From a virus (Duplodnaviria; Caudoviricetes): 56,226 bases of DNA. A program made the translations under genes and the position numbers. The stretch covers positions 1 to 56,226 of IMG/VR virus record IMGVR_UViG_3300020409_000022. One strand, 5' to 3'. The notes under the pieces were generated by a model. The model had not been told where the DNA came from. It searched no databases and was given only the letters and a program-made list of their open reading frames with translations. Shown here piece by piece: positions 56,137 through 56,226 of this stretch; positions within the stretch are counted from its first letter, which is position 1, and every line of letters begins with the position of its first letter.

Positions 56137-56165
56137 ATATTAGCAAATGTACATTGCTTACGCAA
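56137..56165 (-). promoter_or_regulatory. Early sigma70-type promoter at right end
   Basis: TTGCGT, 17-nt spacer, TG-C-TAATAT, then ATAAGAGTAA as in the promoter at 53962-53990. Confidence 0.75.
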
Positions 56166-56226
56166 ACAAACTGAGAAAAAGTGTGAATGGGTCGGCTTTC
56201 ACATTTTGCTTTTCGCCAGCTCTGAT

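Larger units (their letters stand above)
1..56226. mobile_element. Near-complete dsDNA podophage genome, HMO-2011-type-like
   Basis: Complete packaging, head, tail, lysis and replication modules in two convergent arms; no host housekeeping genes; PolA with DnaJ-like insert; non-coding promoter-rich ends. Confidence 0.93.

Noticed and set aside
1-56226. Direct or inverted terminal repeats
   Set aside because: Only a 4-nt ATCA/TGAT match at the ends, which is chance level; completeness cannot be proven from the window

Overview
The whole window is an AT-rich, apparently near-complete genome of a tailed dsDNA phage with podovirus-type morphogenesis genes. It is most similar in design to HMO-2011-type marine phages, as its family A DNA polymerase carries the diagnostic DnaJ-like CxxCxGxG zinc-finger insert. 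There are two arms that converge at about 37432. The + strand arm (about 0.8-37.4 kb) holds a holin, an endolysin, a cluster of small very basic proteins, terminase, portal, scaffold, major capsid, tail adaptor and nozzle, a 1478-aa repeat-rich fibre, an array of small paralogous fibre-associated genes, and large internal virion proteins. The - strand arm (about 56.1-37.4 kb) holds small early genes, a tRNA-Glu(UUC), a DksA/TraR-type zinc finger, a 683-aa unknown enzyme-like protein next to an M20/M28 metallopeptidase, primase, helicase, DNA polymerase, SSB, Cas4-like exonuclease, resolvase and a class II ribonucleotide reductase. I found no RNA polymerase, integrase or terminal repeat. The most interesting observations are (1) a duplicated cassette array of adhesin-like genes joined by a shared GGAGAY junction, (2) the tRNA-Glu / SCM-motif protein / peptidase early unit, (3) recurring xxxGG motifs in basic virion-associated proteins, and (4) micro-ORFs missed by the ORF track (metallothionein-like, Rmf-like, zinc fingers). 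All family assignments come from motif recognition by eye; no database searches were run.
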